A stretch of DNA of 64,000 nucleotides, from contig CAWELD010000010.1 of assembly GCA_963809895.1 (NCBI GenBank), positions 1,120,001 through 1,184,000 on the forward strand, read 5' to 3'. The translations under genes were made by a program, and so were the position numbers. Under the pieces are notes generated by a model. That model was given only the letters and a program-made list of their open reading frames with translations, was not told the origin of the DNA and searched no databases. Positions 11,128-21,778 of the stretch are shown here, piece by piece; positions within the stretch are counted from its first letter, which is position 1, and every line of letters starts with the position of its first letter. The DNA comes from an uncultured Gemmatimonadales bacterium (GTDB taxonomy: Bacteria > Gemmatimonadota > Gemmatimonadetes > Longimicrobiales > Gaopeijiaceae).

Positions 11128-11586
11128 ATGCGTTGGACTCGGCCGACCACGGAACGACGAGGGGCGCCCCGGTGGGTGTTCATGCTCGCGGTGGCGGGTG
11201 CCTTGTGGGGATGCACCGCATCGTCGCCGTCCACACCGTCGGAGACGGACCTGTTGGGGAGCTGGCGTTGGCTCAGCGCCACGGGAGGCGTCGCAGGCGT
11301 CGAGCGCACGCCCCAGAGCGAGGGCTACGAGGAGACACTCCTCTTCACCCCCGACGGGAAGGTGACCCTGTTTCGCGACGGCCAGACCGTGGCGACCACG
11401 GGCTACACGTTGACCATCGGGGCTCCCGGTGGGTCCTGGGCCGGGCACCCGATCCTGCGCTACGAGGTGCCCTTCGGCGGCTTCGAGGAGCAGGCCGTCT
11501 CGTTCCCGGAGCCCGGGGTCCTGGAATTGGCGGACGGCTGCTGCGACGGCTTCGTGTACCGCTACGCCAGAGAAGGGGAGGGGTGA
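11128..11586 (+). CDS. Hypothetical lipoprotein (lipocalin-like)
   Basis: Signal peptide with 'LWGC'; 'LLGSWRW' motif; C-terminal 'DGCCDGF'. Confidence 0.65.
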   Translation: MRWTRPTTERRGAPRWVFMLAVAGALWGCTASSPSTPSETDLLGSWRWLSATGGVAGVERTPQSEGYEETLLFTPDGKVTLFRDGQTVATTGYTLTIGAPGGSWAGHPILRYEVPFGGFEEQAVSFPEPGVLELADGCCDGFVYRYAREGEG

Positions 11587-11590
11587 CGTG

Positions 11591-12118
11591 ATGACGACGA
11601 GCGAGCGGAGGAGGGTGCCGCGTCCGCGGCGTCTGATGGCGGTGGCGGTTGCTGTGTGGGCCGCCGCCTGCGGGATCCTCGAGCCGGGGCGGAGCGCCGA
11701 TCCAGGGGTGGAGCTCGCCCGGGCCCGTGAGCGCTGGGAGGGTGCTGGCGTGCAGAGCTACGACCTGGCCCTCGAGCGCATGTGCTTCTGCGCGGGCGCC
11801 GGTCCGGTGCGCGTGGAAGTCCGCAACGGTGTCGTCACCGGGGTCTTCGCCCAGGGATCCGAGACGCCGCTGGAAGGCTCGGCCGTCGGCGCCTACCCGT
11901 CTGTCGAAGGGCTCTTCGACGTGATCCAGGATGCCCTCGATCGCGACGCGCATTCTCTCCGGGTCGTCTATCATCCGACGCTGGGCTATCCCAGCGAGGT
12001 CTTCATCGACTACGACGAACACGCCATCGACGAAGAGATCGGCTATCGCGCGGAGCTGCACGTGCTGGGGCCGGAGAGACCTGAATCCACGGGTTTCGAG
12101 AGCGAGCCCGTTGCATGA
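11591..12118 (+). CDS. DUF6174-like lipoprotein
   Basis: Lipobox 'AAAC'; 'ARERW..SY..CFC', 'YHPTLGYP..DEE'. Confidence 0.75.
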   Translation: MTTSERRRVPRPRRLMAVAVAVWAAACGILEPGRSADPGVELARARERWEGAGVQSYDLALERMCFCAGAGPVRVEVRNGVVTGVFAQGSETPLEGSAVGAYPSVEGLFDVIQDALDRDAHSLRVVYHPTLGYPSEVFIDYDEHAIDEEIGYRAELHVLGPERPESTGFESEPVA

Positions 12119-12162
12119 CCGGTCCCGGAATGCGAGCCTTTCATCTGGAAGGAGGACGCACC

Positions 12163-12549
12163 GTGACCGATCATCCGTCGCTCACAGAGCTTCAGCTCGA
12201 CATTCTGAAGATCCTCTGGCAACAGGGGGAGGCTTCCACCGCCGAGGTGTGCGAAGCCCTCGCCGACAGCCGGGGCCTGGCTCTCTCCACGGTGGCGACA
12301 CTGCTGTCGCGCCTGGAGAAGCGTGACGTGGTGGCCCACCGCAAGGAAGGGCGCCAGTACGTCTACCGCGCCCTGGTCAGTCGCGGCGACGTGCGCCAGT
12401 CGATGGTGCGCGACCTGACGCGCACTCTCTTCGGCGGCGACCCCGCGGCTCTGGTGCACCACCTGGTGGCGGCCCACGAGGTCGATCCCGGCGCGCTGGA
12501 GCGGATCCGGGGACTCCTGGACCAGGTCGAAGCCCAGGAAGGCAAGTAG
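12163..12549 (+). CDS. BlaI/MecI/CopY family transcriptional repressor
   Basis: 'LTELQLDILKILW', 'LALSTVATLLSRLEKR', 'GRQYVYRA'; GTG start after GGAGGA. Confidence 0.9.
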   Translation: MTDHPSLTELQLDILKILWQQGEASTAEVCEALADSRGLALSTVATLLSRLEKRDVVAHRKEGRQYVYRALVSRGDVRQSMVRDLTRTLFGGDPAALVHHLVAAHEVDPGALERIRGLLDQVEAQEGK

Positions 12550-12586
12550 CGCCGCTCCGCCTGCGATGCGGCACCGGGACGCCACC

Positions 12587-12614
12587 TTGGTGTACGGCGC
12601 AACCGCCGTATATT
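12587..12614 (+). promoter_or_regulatory. Putative sigma70 promoter of menFDB with a palindrome in the spacer
   Basis: TTGGTG-N16-TATATT; perfect inverted repeat TACGGCG-CAAC-CGCCGTA at 12593-12610. Confidence 0.45.
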
Positions 12615-12631
12615 CGACACGTCCCACCTCC

Positions 12632-14113
12632 GTGGCGCCCCGCGCTTCGGCCGGCCACCCTCCAACCTCCTCGTCCGACATCCGTACGCACACCCCCGAT
12701 CCGATCCGGGAGCGGGCCTCCGCTCCTACCTCGCCCCTGCGGCTCGTGACCGCTCAGGTGGAAGCGCCGGGTGTGGAGCCGGACACCTTCCTGCGGCTCG
12801 CGAGCGGCGAGCCGAGAGGGCTGTGGGCTCGAGGTGAGCGTTGGGTCGCACATCGGGGTGTCCTGCGGGAAATCCGGTGCGATGCGGACGACGTGGACGC
12901 GACCGGCGACCGCTTCGAGCGGGTGGGCCGCCTGACCCGTGCTTTGCCCGCTCCGGTGGAGGAGTCGGGAAACGTGCGCCTCTACGGCGGTTTCGCCTTC
13001 GGAGACGACCACCGGGCCGAGGACGCGTGGACGGGTTTCCCGGCCGCCCTCTTCCACCTCCCGGAAGTCGAGCTCACCGGCGACGCCTCCGGGACGGGTC
13101 ATCTACGGGTGCGCGGGGTCGCGCATCCCGACGAGGTGGTGGCGGTGCAGGAACGCCTGCAGGGGCGGGCCTTGGCGCTGCTGAACGCGCTGCGGGGATC
13201 GATCCCGGCGGCTCCCAACGGAGGCGCTCCGGGCGGTCGCGCTCGCCTCGAGGCCCTGCGGCGTGACGCCTGGGAAGGCGCCGTGGAGGGCCTGTTGCGG
13301 GCCATCGCGCGCGGCCGGGTCTCCAAGGTGGTGCTGGCGCGCACGCTGGACGTGGAAACGGCCGCGCCGGTGGATCCCGTCGACCTGGTGGCGGCACTGC
13401 GCACGGGCAACCCCGGCACCCACGTCTTCCTCTTCGAGCCCGAGCCCGGGAAGGTGCTGCTGGGCGCGGCTCCCGAGGCGCTGGCGACGCTTCGGCGCGG
13501 CGTCTTCCACGCCACGGCGGTGGCCGGCTCGGTGGCCCGGGGAGACGACCAGGCGGAGCAGCGGCGACTCGCCCAGGTCCTGCACGCGAGCCAGAAGGAT
13601 CGGGCGGAGCAGCGGGTGGTGGTGGAGGACATGGTGTCCCGGCTGTCGGCGTTGGCGTCCGACGTGAAGGCCGAGGCGGAGCCCCACGTGCTCACCCTGG
13701 CTCGCATCCAGCATCTGGAGACCGAGATCCGGGCGCGCGTGGACGAGCGCACCTCGGTCCTCGATCTGGTGGCTGCGCTCCACCCCACGCCGGCGGTGTG
13801 CGGGGTGCCCCGCGAAGAGGCGCTGGTGCTTCTGCGCCGCGACGAGCCCTTCGAGCGGGGGTGGTACGCGGGCCCGGTGGGCTGGTTCACGCTGGGGGGC
13901 GACGGACACTTCGTGCCGGCGCTGCGGACCACCGTGGGCGGTGGTGCCTGTTGGCGGCTCTTCGCCGGCGCCGGGATCGTCGAGGGTTCCCGCCCCGCCG
14001 CGGAATGGGAGGAGACGGGCATCAAGTTCCAGCCTGTCCTGCAGGCTCTGGCCGCCATCGGCGTGCAGCTCCCGGGCGAGGCGGACGCCGGCGGATCCCC
14101 CGAGGAATCGTGA
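12632..14113 (+). CDS. menF: Isochorismate synthase
   Basis: 'KVVLAR', 'GAAPE', 'AVAGS', 'LHPTPAVCG', 'RGWYAGPVGW', 'FAGAGIV'; start codon uncertain. Confidence 0.9.
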   Translation: MAPRASAGHPPTSSSDIRTHTPDPIRERASAPTSPLRLVTAQVEAPGVEPDTFLRLASGEPRGLWARGERWVAHRGVLREIRCDADDVDATGDRFERVGRLTRALPAPVEESGNVRLYGGFAFGDDHRAEDAWTGFPAALFHLPEVELTGDASGTGHLRVRGVAHPDEVVAVQERLQGRALALLNALRGSIPAAPNGGAPGGRARLEALRRDAWEGAVEGLLRAIARGRVSKVVLARTLDVETAAPVDPVDLVAALRTGNPGTHVFLFEPEPGKVLLGAAPEALATLRRGVFHATAVAGSVARGDDQAEQRRLAQVLHASQKDRAEQRVVVEDMVSRLSALASDVKAEAEPHVLTLARIQHLETEIRARVDERTSVLDLVAALHPTPAVCGVPREEALVLLRRDEPFERGWYAGPVGWFTLGGDGHFVPALRTTVGGGACWRLFAGAGIVEGSRPAAEWEETGIKFQPVLQALAAIGVQLPGEADAGGSPEES

Positions 14114-15900
14114 CCCTACCCGACCGAGCCACCCCCTGGGCCGCGGTCCTGGTCGACGAGCTCGCCCGGTGCGGAGTCCGGGAGCTGTGCCTGGCTCCGG
14201 GATCGCGCTCCACCCCTCTGGTCCTGGCGGCGGCACGGCACGGCGGATTCCGGATGCGCGTGTTCCTGGACGAGCGCTCGGCGGCCTTCTTCGCGTTGGG
14301 ACTGGGCAAGGCCGGCGGTGGGCCCGCCGCGGTGGTCACCACCTCGGGCACCGCCGTGGCGAACCTCCTGCCGGCCGCGGTGGAGGCGAGCCAGGCCGAG
14401 GCGCCGCTCCTCCTGGTCACGGCGGACCGGCCGCCCCGGCTCCGGGGTGCGGACGCCAACCAGGCCATCGATCAGGTGGGGCTCTTCGGAGCGTACGTGC
14501 GCTTCCAGGCCGACCTGGAACGGCCCGTGGACGAGGAGGCGTCGGTGCGGCATCTGCGAGCCGTGGCGGCCCGGGCCGTGGCGGCGGCGTCTGGGCTTCC
14601 GGCGGGGCCGGTCCATGTGAACGTTCCCTTCGACAAGCCGTTGGAGCCGGCGCCCGGCGAGCCACCCCCGGCGACGGGTGGGCGACCGGACGGTGCCCCG
14701 TGGGTGTCGGTGGGGCCCAGGCGACCCCGAGCTTCGGCGGAAGAGCTCGCCGAGGTCGCCCGGAGTCTGGTCTCGGCCACCCGTGGCCTGATCGTCGCGG
14801 GCCCCCACCCCGAGGCACGGGAGCTGGGCCCCGAGCTCCGTCGTCTGGCTGCGGCCACCGGCTTCCCGCTGGCGGCGGATCCCCTCTCGGGCGGACGCCA
14901 CGGACCCGAGCAGGGTGCGGCGGTCCTGGGCGCGTACGACCTGGTGCTGCGGGATCCCGCGGTGCGGATGGCGTTGCGGCCGGACCTGGTGCTTCGCGTG
15001 GGCCAGGCTCCCACGTCGACGGCGCTGCTGGCCTGGCTCGAAGAGCACGACGACGTGCCTCAGATGGTCGTGGACGCCGACGGCCGCTGGAAGGACCACC
15101 TGGCCCGGGCCTCACGCTATCTGCGGGCGGATCCGGTCGATGCGTTTCGCCGACTGCACGACGTGGGTCTGGCCCGGCGAGCGTCGGCGCCGTGGCGCGA
15201 GCGGTGGCGCCGACTCGATCGGGCCGCCGCCGAGGTGGTCCAGGCCGCGGGTCGCGCCGCCGAACCCCACGAGGGTGGCGTCCTGGCCGCGGTCACGGCC
15301 CAGCTTCCCGAGGGCACGCCCCTCTTCGTCTCCAGCTCCATGCCCGTCCGGGACCTGGACGCCTTCGGCGGCGCGCGTCCGGTGACGCTGCCGGTGTTCG
15401 GCAACCGGGGCGCCAGCGGCATCGACGGGATCGTGTCGACGGCGCTGGGGGTAGCTGCCGGCTGTGGGCGGCCCGCGGTCGCCGTGCTCGGTGACCTGGC
15501 CCTGTTCCACGACGTGAACGGTCTGCTCGCGACCCGGGAGCCCGATGCCCGGGTGGTGTTCGTGGTGATCAACAACGACGGCGGCGGGATTTTCCACATG
15601 CTGCCCGTGCGGGATCACGAGCCGGAGTTCACCCCCTACTTCGCCACCCCCCACGGGCTGGACCCGGCCTCGGCGGCGGCGCTCTACGGCGTCGCCCACC
15701 GGCGGGTGGAAGGGCTCGCCGCGCTGACCACCGCGGTCGCGAAGGGCCTGGACGCGGGTCAGAGCGTGCTGCTGGAGATCCGGACGGATCGCGAGGCGAA
15801 CCGCCGGGGCCACGACGAGGTCGTGGCGGCCGTGCGACGGGCCGTGACGGCCCTGCTCGACGACGACGACGAGGAATGGAATCAACCGAAGGAGAATTGA
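14110..15900 (+). CDS. menD: SEPHCHC synthase
   Basis: 'PGSRSTPL', '[11 protein letters not shown]', 'TSGTAVAN', 'NRGASGIDG', 'GDLALFHD', 'NNDGGGIF'. Confidence 0.95.
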   Translation: MTLPDRATPWAAVLVDELARCGVRELCLAPGSRSTPLVLAAARHGGFRMRVFLDERSAAFFALGLGKAGGGPAAVVTTSGTAVANLLPAAVEASQAEAPLLLVTADRPPRLRGADANQAIDQVGLFGAYVRFQADLERPVDEEASVRHLRAVAARAVAAASGLPAGPVHVNVPFDKPLEPAPGEPPPATGGRPDGAPWVSVGPRRPRASAEELAEVARSLVSATRGLIVAGPHPEARELGPELRRLAAATGFPLAADPLSGGRHGPEQGAAVLGAYDLVLRDPAVRMALRPDLVLRVGQAPTSTALLAWLEEHDDVPQMVVDADGRWKDHLARASRYLRADPVDAFRRLHDVGLARRASAPWRERWRRLDRAAAEVVQAAGRAAEPHEGGVLAAVTAQLPEGTPLFVSSSMPVRDLDAFGGARPVTLPVFGNRGASGIDGIVSTALGVAAGCGRPAVAVLGDLALFHDVNGLLATREPDARVVFVVINNDGGGIFHMLPVRDHEPEFTPYFATPHGLDPASAAALYGVAHRRVEGLAALTTAVAKGLDAGQSVLLEIRTDREANRRGHDEVVAAVRRAVTALLDDDDEEWNQPKEN

Positions 15901-15901
15901 C

Positions 15902-16741
15902 GTGGCGCAGCCGGACTGGACGACGGTCAAGGAGTACGAGGACATCACCTACAGGAAGGCCGACAAGGTGGCCCGCATCGCCTTCAACCGGCCGGAGGTG
16001 CGCAACGCGTTCCGGCCCGAGACCCTGCTCGAGCTGCAGGACGCCTTCCGCGATGCCGGAGAAGATCCCGACATCGGCGTGGTCCTCCTCACCGGCGAGG
16101 GACCTGCGCAGGACGGCAAGTACGCGTTCTGCTCGGGCGGTGACCAGCGCGTGCGTGGGGATGCCGGGTACGTCGGCGGCAACGGCATGCCGAGGCTGAA
16201 CGTCCTGGAGCTGCAGCGCTACATCCGCAGCATGCCCAAGCCCGTCATCGCCCTGGTCGCCGGCTACGCCATCGGAGGCGGTCACGTGCTCCACGTGATC
16301 TGCGACCTCACCATCGCAGCCGACAACGCCGTGTTCGGCCAGACCGGGCCCAAGGTCGGCAGCTTCGACGGGGGCTTCGGTGCCTCGTACCTGGCCAGCA
16401 TCGTAGGGCAGAAGAAGGCCCGGGAGATCTGGTATCTGTGCCGCCAGTACTCGGCCCAGGAGGCGGTGGACATGGGGCTGGCCAACACCGTCGTGCCCGT
16501 GGAGGACCTCGAGGCCGAGGGTTGGCGGTGGGCCCAGGAGATCCTGGACAAGAGCCCGCTGAGCATCCGGCTCCTCAAGAGCGCGTTCAACGCCGCCGTG
16601 GACGGACAGGCGGGGCTGCAGGAGCTGGCGGGCAACGCCACCCTGCTCTTCTACATGACCGAGCAGGCGCAGGAAGCCAAGAACGCCTTCCTGGAGAAGC
16701 GCAAGCCGGACTTCCGGCGCTATCCGTGGCTTCCCTGGTGA
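15902..16741 (+). CDS. menB: 1,4-dihydroxy-2-naphthoyl-CoA synthase
   Basis: '[11 protein letters not shown]', 'FCSGGDQ', '[13 protein letters not shown]', 'GQKKAREIW'. Confidence 0.97.
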   Translation: MAQPDWTTVKEYEDITYRKADKVARIAFNRPEVRNAFRPETLLELQDAFRDAGEDPDIGVVLLTGEGPAQDGKYAFCSGGDQRVRGDAGYVGGNGMPRLNVLELQRYIRSMPKPVIALVAGYAIGGGHVLHVICDLTIAADNAVFGQTGPKVGSFDGGFGASYLASIVGQKKAREIWYLCRQYSAQEAVDMGLANTVVPVEDLEAEGWRWAQEILDKSPLSIRLLKSAFNAAVDGQAGLQELAGNATLLFYMTEQAQEAKNAFLEKRKPDFRRYPWLPW

Positions 16742-16760
16742 CCTTCCGCGGCCCGCAGGT

Positions 16761-17266
16761 TCAGGCCGGCGGCTCGTCCATTCCGGCGTAGCGACGGCGT
16801 CGGTAGAGCAGGGGAGGGCGCTCCGGCGTCACGGTAGCGTCGATCACGCGCCCAGCACAAGGCGGCTCCCGGTCTCGCTGTCGAAGGTCTCACGGACCTG
16901 GCAGACCAGGGTGGCCATGGCGCCCTCTACCGTCGGGTCACCGGTGGCCGCGAACGGACTCGGGCCCACCGGAAAGCTGTCGGCGAAGATCTGCGCGAGG
17001 CGCGCCTGATCGCGGGACAGGAGACTCACCACGAAGCGCGATCCGGGCTGGAGGAAGGGCAGCACCTGCGCGCCGCCGCCCAGCGCCACCAACACTGTCG
17101 GCGGGTCGGCCGCCACCGGGGTCAGCGAGGTGACGGTGGTGCCGTACACCCGGCCGTCATGGCGGACCGCCACCAGCGCCACGTGGGCGGCCCAGTGCGC
17201 GAACACCTCACGGAAGCGCTCGGGTGGGATCGCGGGGCTCGAATCGGTGGCTGAGGGTGCGGTCAC
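16761..17266 (-). CDS. Flavin reductase-like protein, with a frameshift near 16851
   Basis: 'FREVFAHWA..GTTVTSLTPV..PP'; one extra G restores 'LGRVID..PPLLYRRRRY' ending at the TGA at 16761. Confidence 0.75.
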
Positions 17267-17369
17267 GGTCCCTCGGGGATCGGAGTAGCGGAGCCAGTTC
17301 CAGCGAACCCCGGGCCACTTCGGCAGTTCCGGGAGGGGGAACTGTGGCCCTCGACCGGACGTGCGAGGA

Positions 17370-18470
17370 TTACGCGGTGGCGGTCGCCGCGTAACCGAGC
17401 CAGGTGAGCAACACGATGTAGAGCAGCGCCACGGCAGCCAGGATCCGCCAGATCGGCGTGCCCTCTCCTCGCGATGCTCCGCGATCCAGGAACGGGATCA
17501 GCACCAGCACCACCCCACCCAGGCCGAACGCCAGCACGCCCAGGAGCTCGCCTTCGATGCCCAGGACGTGGCCGGGCAGGAGCTTGAGCGTCTGGAACAT
17601 GAACATGAAGTACCACTCGGGCCGGATCCCCTCGGGCGCCGGTGAAAAGGGGTCGGCCTTCACGCCCAGCTCGGCCGGGAAGAAGGCGGCGGCGCTGGCC
17701 AGAACCGCGAGTATCGTGAGCCAGCCCACCAGGTCCCGGATGACGAAGTTGGGCACGAAGGGGATCTGGCGCCGGACACTCCCGGAGCGTTCGACTCCCG
17801 GCGGCACGCTCATCCCGTGGATCTGCACCTGGGCCACGTGCAGCGCCATGAGCAGGAAGGTGAGCCCGGGCAAGATGGATACGTGAAGGGCGAAGAAGCG
17901 GGTCAGCGTGGCCCCGGTGACGTCTTCGCCTCCTCGCAGGAAGTCACGCACGAAGGGACCAATCCCCGGAATCACGCCGGGGATCTCGGTCCCTACCCGT
18001 GTGGCGAAGAACGCCAGCTCGTTCCACGGCAGGAGGTATCCGGTGAATCCCAGACCCAGAGCCAGGAACAGGAGCAGGGCGCCTGAGAGCCAGGTGATCT
18101 CGCGCGGACTCCGGTATGCCTTCAGGAACAGGACGCTGAAGAGGTGCACGAAGGCCGTGAAGATCATGAGGTTGGCGCCCCAGGCGTGAATCGAGCGTAC
18201 CAGCCAGCCGAACTTCACCTCGGACATGATGAACTGCACCGACTCGTAGGCGCCTTCCGCGCTCGGCCGGTAGTAGAACAGCAGCAGGATCCCCGTGCCG
18301 ACCTGCAGGAGGAAGAGGAAGAGCAGCATCCCACCCATGTAGTACCAGATGCTGTGCCGATGCACCGGCACTTTCTTCTTTCTGGCCAGCGGTGCCAGGG
18401 CGCTCAGGCGTAGGCGCTGATCCAGCCAACCACGTACCCCGGACAGGCGAGACGAAAGTGACGGCCTCAC
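17370..18470 (-). CDS. qcrB: Cytochrome b of a Rieske/cytochrome b complex (b6 and subunit IV fused)
   Basis: '[15 protein letters not shown]', 'FTGYLLPW', '[11 protein letters not shown]', 'RPEWYF'. Confidence 0.93.
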   Translation of the reverse strand: MRPSLSSRLSGVRGWLDQRLRLSALAPLARKKKVPVHRHSIWYYMGGMLLFLFLLQVGTGILLLFYYRPSAEGAYESVQFIMSEVKFGWLVRSIHAWGANLMIFTAFVHLFSVLFLKAYRSPREITWLSGALLLFLALGLGFTGYLLPWNELAFFATRVGTEIPGVIPGIGPFVRDFLRGGEDVTGATLTRFFALHVSILPGLTFLLMALHVAQVQIHGMSVPPGVERSGSVRRQIPFVPNFVIRDLVGWLTILAVLASAAAFFPAELGVKADPFSPAPEGIRPEWYFMFMFQTLKLLPGHVLGIEGELLGVLAFGLGGVVLVLIPFLDRGASRGEGTPIWRILAAVALLYIVLLTWLGYAATATA

Positions 18471-18961
18471 GAGGATCGACTCACCACGATCTCGTCACCG
18501 CGCACGGTGACGGTGAAGGGGGTCAGGGGTCGAGGGGGTGGACCGGCGATGTTGCGCCCGTTCAGGTCGTAGTGGCCGTTGTGACAGGCGCACCAGATGT
18601 GGCCCAGGTCTTCTCTGTATTGGACGGTGCAATCCAGGTGCGTGCAGCGCGCCGAGAAGGCCCTGACGTCGCCCCCCGGGGTCCGGATCAGGATTCCGGG
18701 CTTGGACCCGAAGCGGAAGATGCGCCCCGAGTTGCGGGCCACCTCCGTGGGAGGGAACGGGAGCGTCACCGAATTGGTGGTGGCCTCACTCACCGGGGGA
18801 GGGATCAGGTATCGGCTCACGGGATAGAGGACCGCCACCAGGACCCCTCCCACCGTCGTGCCGAGGAACCAGTCGAGGAAGCCCTTGCGGCTCATCCGGC
18901 GGTCACGCGAGGGCTCGGGGGGCGGATCGAGCCGCGCTGATGGGGAAGGACGCTCGGCCAT
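18467..18961 (-). CDS. qcrA: Rieske 2Fe-2S subunit
   Basis: CTHLDC and CACHNGHY boxes, 'GPPPRPL', Tat-like 'SRKGFL' followed by a TM helix. Confidence 0.92.
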   Translation of the reverse strand: MAERPSPSARLDPPPEPSRDRRMSRKGFLDWFLGTTVGGVLVAVLYPVSRYLIPPPVSEATTNSVTLPFPPTEVARNSGRIFRFGSKPGILIRTPGGDVRAFSARCTHLDCTVQYREDLGHIWCACHNGHYDLNGRNIAGPPPRPLTPFTVTVRGDEIVVSRSS

Positions 18962-18965
18962 GAAC

Positions 18966-20324
18966 TCAGCTCCGTGTGATGGGATCGCTCGTGGCGCCGC
19001 CGGACCCGGATGGACCTGCCGCTCCCCGGCCCTCGATCTGGCGCAGCTTCATCAGGAGTGCCCCGATGAGAAGGAGAATGATGGCGGTGGACACCGCGAG
19101 ACCCACGCGTCGGAAACGATGTTCGTCCAGTGCGGCAAGCCCCTTTTCGCGCGTCGCGCGCGTGATCTCCAATCCGTTGGCCACCTCCGTGCGAACCGGC
19201 TCCACCTGGAAGCTGTGGATGGCGGTGCGGGCCTTCGTGAGGGCGTTCCCCACCTCGTCCAGCTCGAAGGTCGCCTGGCTCACGGGCATGCCCAGGTTGC
19301 GTGCCTCGGTGAGGAGGGCGCGGCTCCGTTCCGTCTGGTCTTCGAGAGAGTCGAGGAGGGCCCTGATGCGTGGGAAGACGTCTGCTTCGGGTGTGCCGGC
19401 CTGATGGCACTTCCCGCACACGGAATCCGCCATCACCAGGAGATCGTCGTCGACTGGACGTTCGATGTCGTGGTTTCCGTGGCAGGTGACGCAGCCCGGA
19501 AGGCCCTGTGCGGTGAAGAGGTCGGCGTGCACCCCGTTGCCGAAGAGGTCACCCATCTGCACGTGGCATTGCCCACACACGTTCCGTACCGAAGCCAGGC
19601 CCGGGGGGGCCGCGCCGTGGTTGCCGTGGCAGTCGTTGCACGTGGGCGCCGACAGATCGCCGTCCTCGTAGAGCAGCGCGGCATGCACACTCGCCCGATA
19701 GTTCTCGAGCTCGTTCGCGAGGTGCCCCCGGGAGCGCATGAGCGTCGTATCCGCGTGGCAGCCGCCGCACAGATCCGCCACGTGCAACGGGTGCACGGTG
19801 GACGCCGGGTCCGAGGGGGGACGGATGTCGTGAGCCGGGTGGCAGTCCACGCAGGTGGCCACGTCGGGATCGTCGTCCTGCATGAGGCGCCGCCCGTGCA
19901 CCGACGTGCGATACTCCGCCACCTGGTCCACCCGCAGCGCCGGATTGTAGTCGCGCATGAAACGGGCGTCGGAGTGGCAGCGGCCGCACAGGCTCGGTAT
20001 GTCCCTGCGTTCGGGCTTGGCCAGGAAGCCGGCGGAGGGATCGCGGGACACGCTGCCGTCGGGTGCGCGGCCGCCGTGGCAGTCGAGACAGGTGAATCCC
20101 CGCTGAGCGTGGATGTCGTCGGGGAAGTCGCGGGCCGGCTCTGACAACCGGGGCGGCGTGAGCTGGAGGTGGCAGCGCGTACAGGCGTCCGCCGTGGGGA
20201 TGCCTTGTGCCGTGAGTCGACCACACACCGGGGGCATCGCCGCCAGGGCGGCGAGCAACGCCACGAGGGCCGGGATCCGGGCGAGGGGGCGTCGAGGATG
20301 CGACCCGGGGGCTCGTGCATTCAT
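18966..20324 (-). CDS. Nonaheme cytochrome c with a C-terminal membrane anchor
   Basis: Signal peptide, 9 CxxCH motifs, helical region, C-terminal TM 'GLAVSTAIILLLIGALLM'. Confidence 0.88.
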   Translation of the reverse strand: MNARAPGSHPRRPLARIPALVALLAALAAMPPVCGRLTAQGIPTADACTRCHLQLTPPRLSEPARDFPDDIHAQRGFTCLDCHGGRAPDGSVSRDPSAGFLAKPERRDIPSLCGRCHSDARFMRDYNPALRVDQVAEYRTSVHGRRLMQDDDPDVATCVDCHPAHDIRPPSDPASTVHPLHVADLCGGCHADTTLMRSRGHLANELENYRASVHAALLYEDGDLSAPTCNDCHGNHGAAPPGLASVRNVCGQCHVQMGDLFGNGVHADLFTAQGLPGCVTCHGNHDIERPVDDDLLVMADSVCGKCHQAGTPEADVFPRIRALLDSLEDQTERSRALLTEARNLGMPVSQATFELDEVGNALTKARTAIHSFQVEPVRTEVANGLEITRATREKGLAALDEHRFRRVGLAVSTAIILLLIGALLMKLRQIEGRGAAGPSGSGGATSDPITRS

Positions 20325-21778
20325 CCGCCCGGTACTCCTCCGCGGTGGCAGAGAATGCAACCGGCGTAGGCGCGCTCGCTGAAGCGGCTGGGATCGAAAT
20401 CCGGTCCGTGAGGGTTCACCCGCCATCCCCCCACGGCCGAATGACACTGGGCACAGTCGCCCTGCGCGTGGCAGGAGGCGCAGTTCTCGAGGCCGCGGCG
20501 CGCGGCCTGCCCGTGCGCCAGCAGCCAGAAGGGTTCGGCGTTGTGGAAACCGGCTTGCAGCGGCCCGGCGACCGAGACGCCGGCGCTGACGTGGCAACTT
20601 CGGCAGAAGAGCTCGCGGTTGTGGCAGGACGTGCAGTCCGTCTCGGCCCCATAGGCACGGGCGCCGTGGAACTCCCGGAAGTTCAAGGGATGGAACGAGG
20701 GAGTCTCCATGCCGGCGTGGCAGGTCGTGCAGAAGTCCTGCTCGTGGCAGGATGCGCACACGTCCGTTCCGGTGGCCGCATCGGCGGCGTGACCGGTGGC
20801 GAAGCCCGGCCGATGGACGCCGCTGCGGACGCCGTCGCCCAGGACCACACCCGGCGCCCTGTCGGGGGCGGCCACGGGAAGCCCGCGCAGCAGTCCCCGT
20901 GGGTCCGACCCGTGGCAGGTGGCGCAACTGTTCCGGGTGTGGCAGGTGGCGCAACTCGCGCCGTTCGTGCGGGCTTCGCCGCCATGCTGCCATTGCCAGG
21001 CATCGGCAGCGTGCGACGACGGAATCGGGTACCGTGGCGCCTCGCCCTCCACCAGCTCCGCCACCCGGGCATCGGGAGTCAGCGCCTGAACCGGGGGGAG
21101 GGAAGACGCGTTCACGTGGCAACGAGCGCAGCTCTCGCGTGCGTGGCAGACGGCGCATTGCGAGGCCACCGTGGCCACGTCGACCCCGTGCTTCCGCAGG
21201 AAATCGTCCGCAGCGTGAGTGTCGGGGCGCGGGAAGTCCCGGATCCGTCCCGGAGAAAGATCGCTGTCCGTCAGGGCCACGTGGCACAGGGTGCATTCTG
21301 CGCCGGAAGACGGATGATCCAGCGATTGGTGGGCGTGGCACGAGGTGCACGCCGCCGGCTCCGCTCTCTGCACATCCATGCGACCTGTGGAGCCGGGCCG
21401 CTGGTGACAGGCGAGACAGTCCACCGGGCCGGTGCCGGAGCCTACCCGGTCGGCGTGGTCGGCATGGGAGAACCGGAGATTCGATGCCGGCGTCCGGTGT
21501 TCGGTCCAGGCGACCCGGCGGAGTCGATCGCCGTCGTGGCAGGCGGCGCATTGCTCGGGCTCGGGAAAGGTCGGGTCGGGATCTCCGGTGACCATCCCGC
21601 CGTGGCATCCCAGGCAGGTGGGAAAGAGCCCCTCGTGTCGAGCGTGAGGGAAGCTGGCCTGGCGTGGTTGTTGGGCCAGAGCGGATGTGCCCAGGCCCAG
21701 CAACAGCAGCAGAAGGGGGCCGAGGAAGCCCCTGAATCGTTTCGGGGCGGATCCATGACGCGAGAGCTGCGGGTTCAC
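20321..21778 (-). CDS. 16-heme periplasmic cytochrome c
   Basis: Sec signal 'LLLLLLGLGTSALAQ'; 16 CxxCH motifs, many as paired CxxCH-x4-CxxCH units. Confidence 0.9.
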   Translation of the reverse strand: MNPQLSRHGSAPKRFRGFLGPLLLLLLGLGTSALAQQPRQASFPHARHEGLFPTCLGCHGGMVTGDPDPTFPEPEQCAACHDGDRLRRVAWTEHRTPASNLRFSHADHADRVGSGTGPVDCLACHQRPGSTGRMDVQRAEPAACTSCHAHQSLDHPSSGAECTLCHVALTDSDLSPGRIRDFPRPDTHAADDFLRKHGVDVATVASQCAVCHARESCARCHVNASSLPPVQALTPDARVAELVEGEAPRYPIPSSHAADAWQWQHGGEARTNGASCATCHTRNSCATCHGSDPRGLLRGLPVAAPDRAPGVVLGDGVRSGVHRPGFATGHAADAATGTDVCASCHEQDFCTTCHAGMETPSFHPLNFREFHGARAYGAETDCTSCHNRELFCRSCHVSAGVSVAGPLQAGFHNAEPFWLLAHGQAARRGLENCASCHAQGDCAQCHSAVGGWRVNPHGPDFDPSRFSERAYAGCILCHRGGVPGG

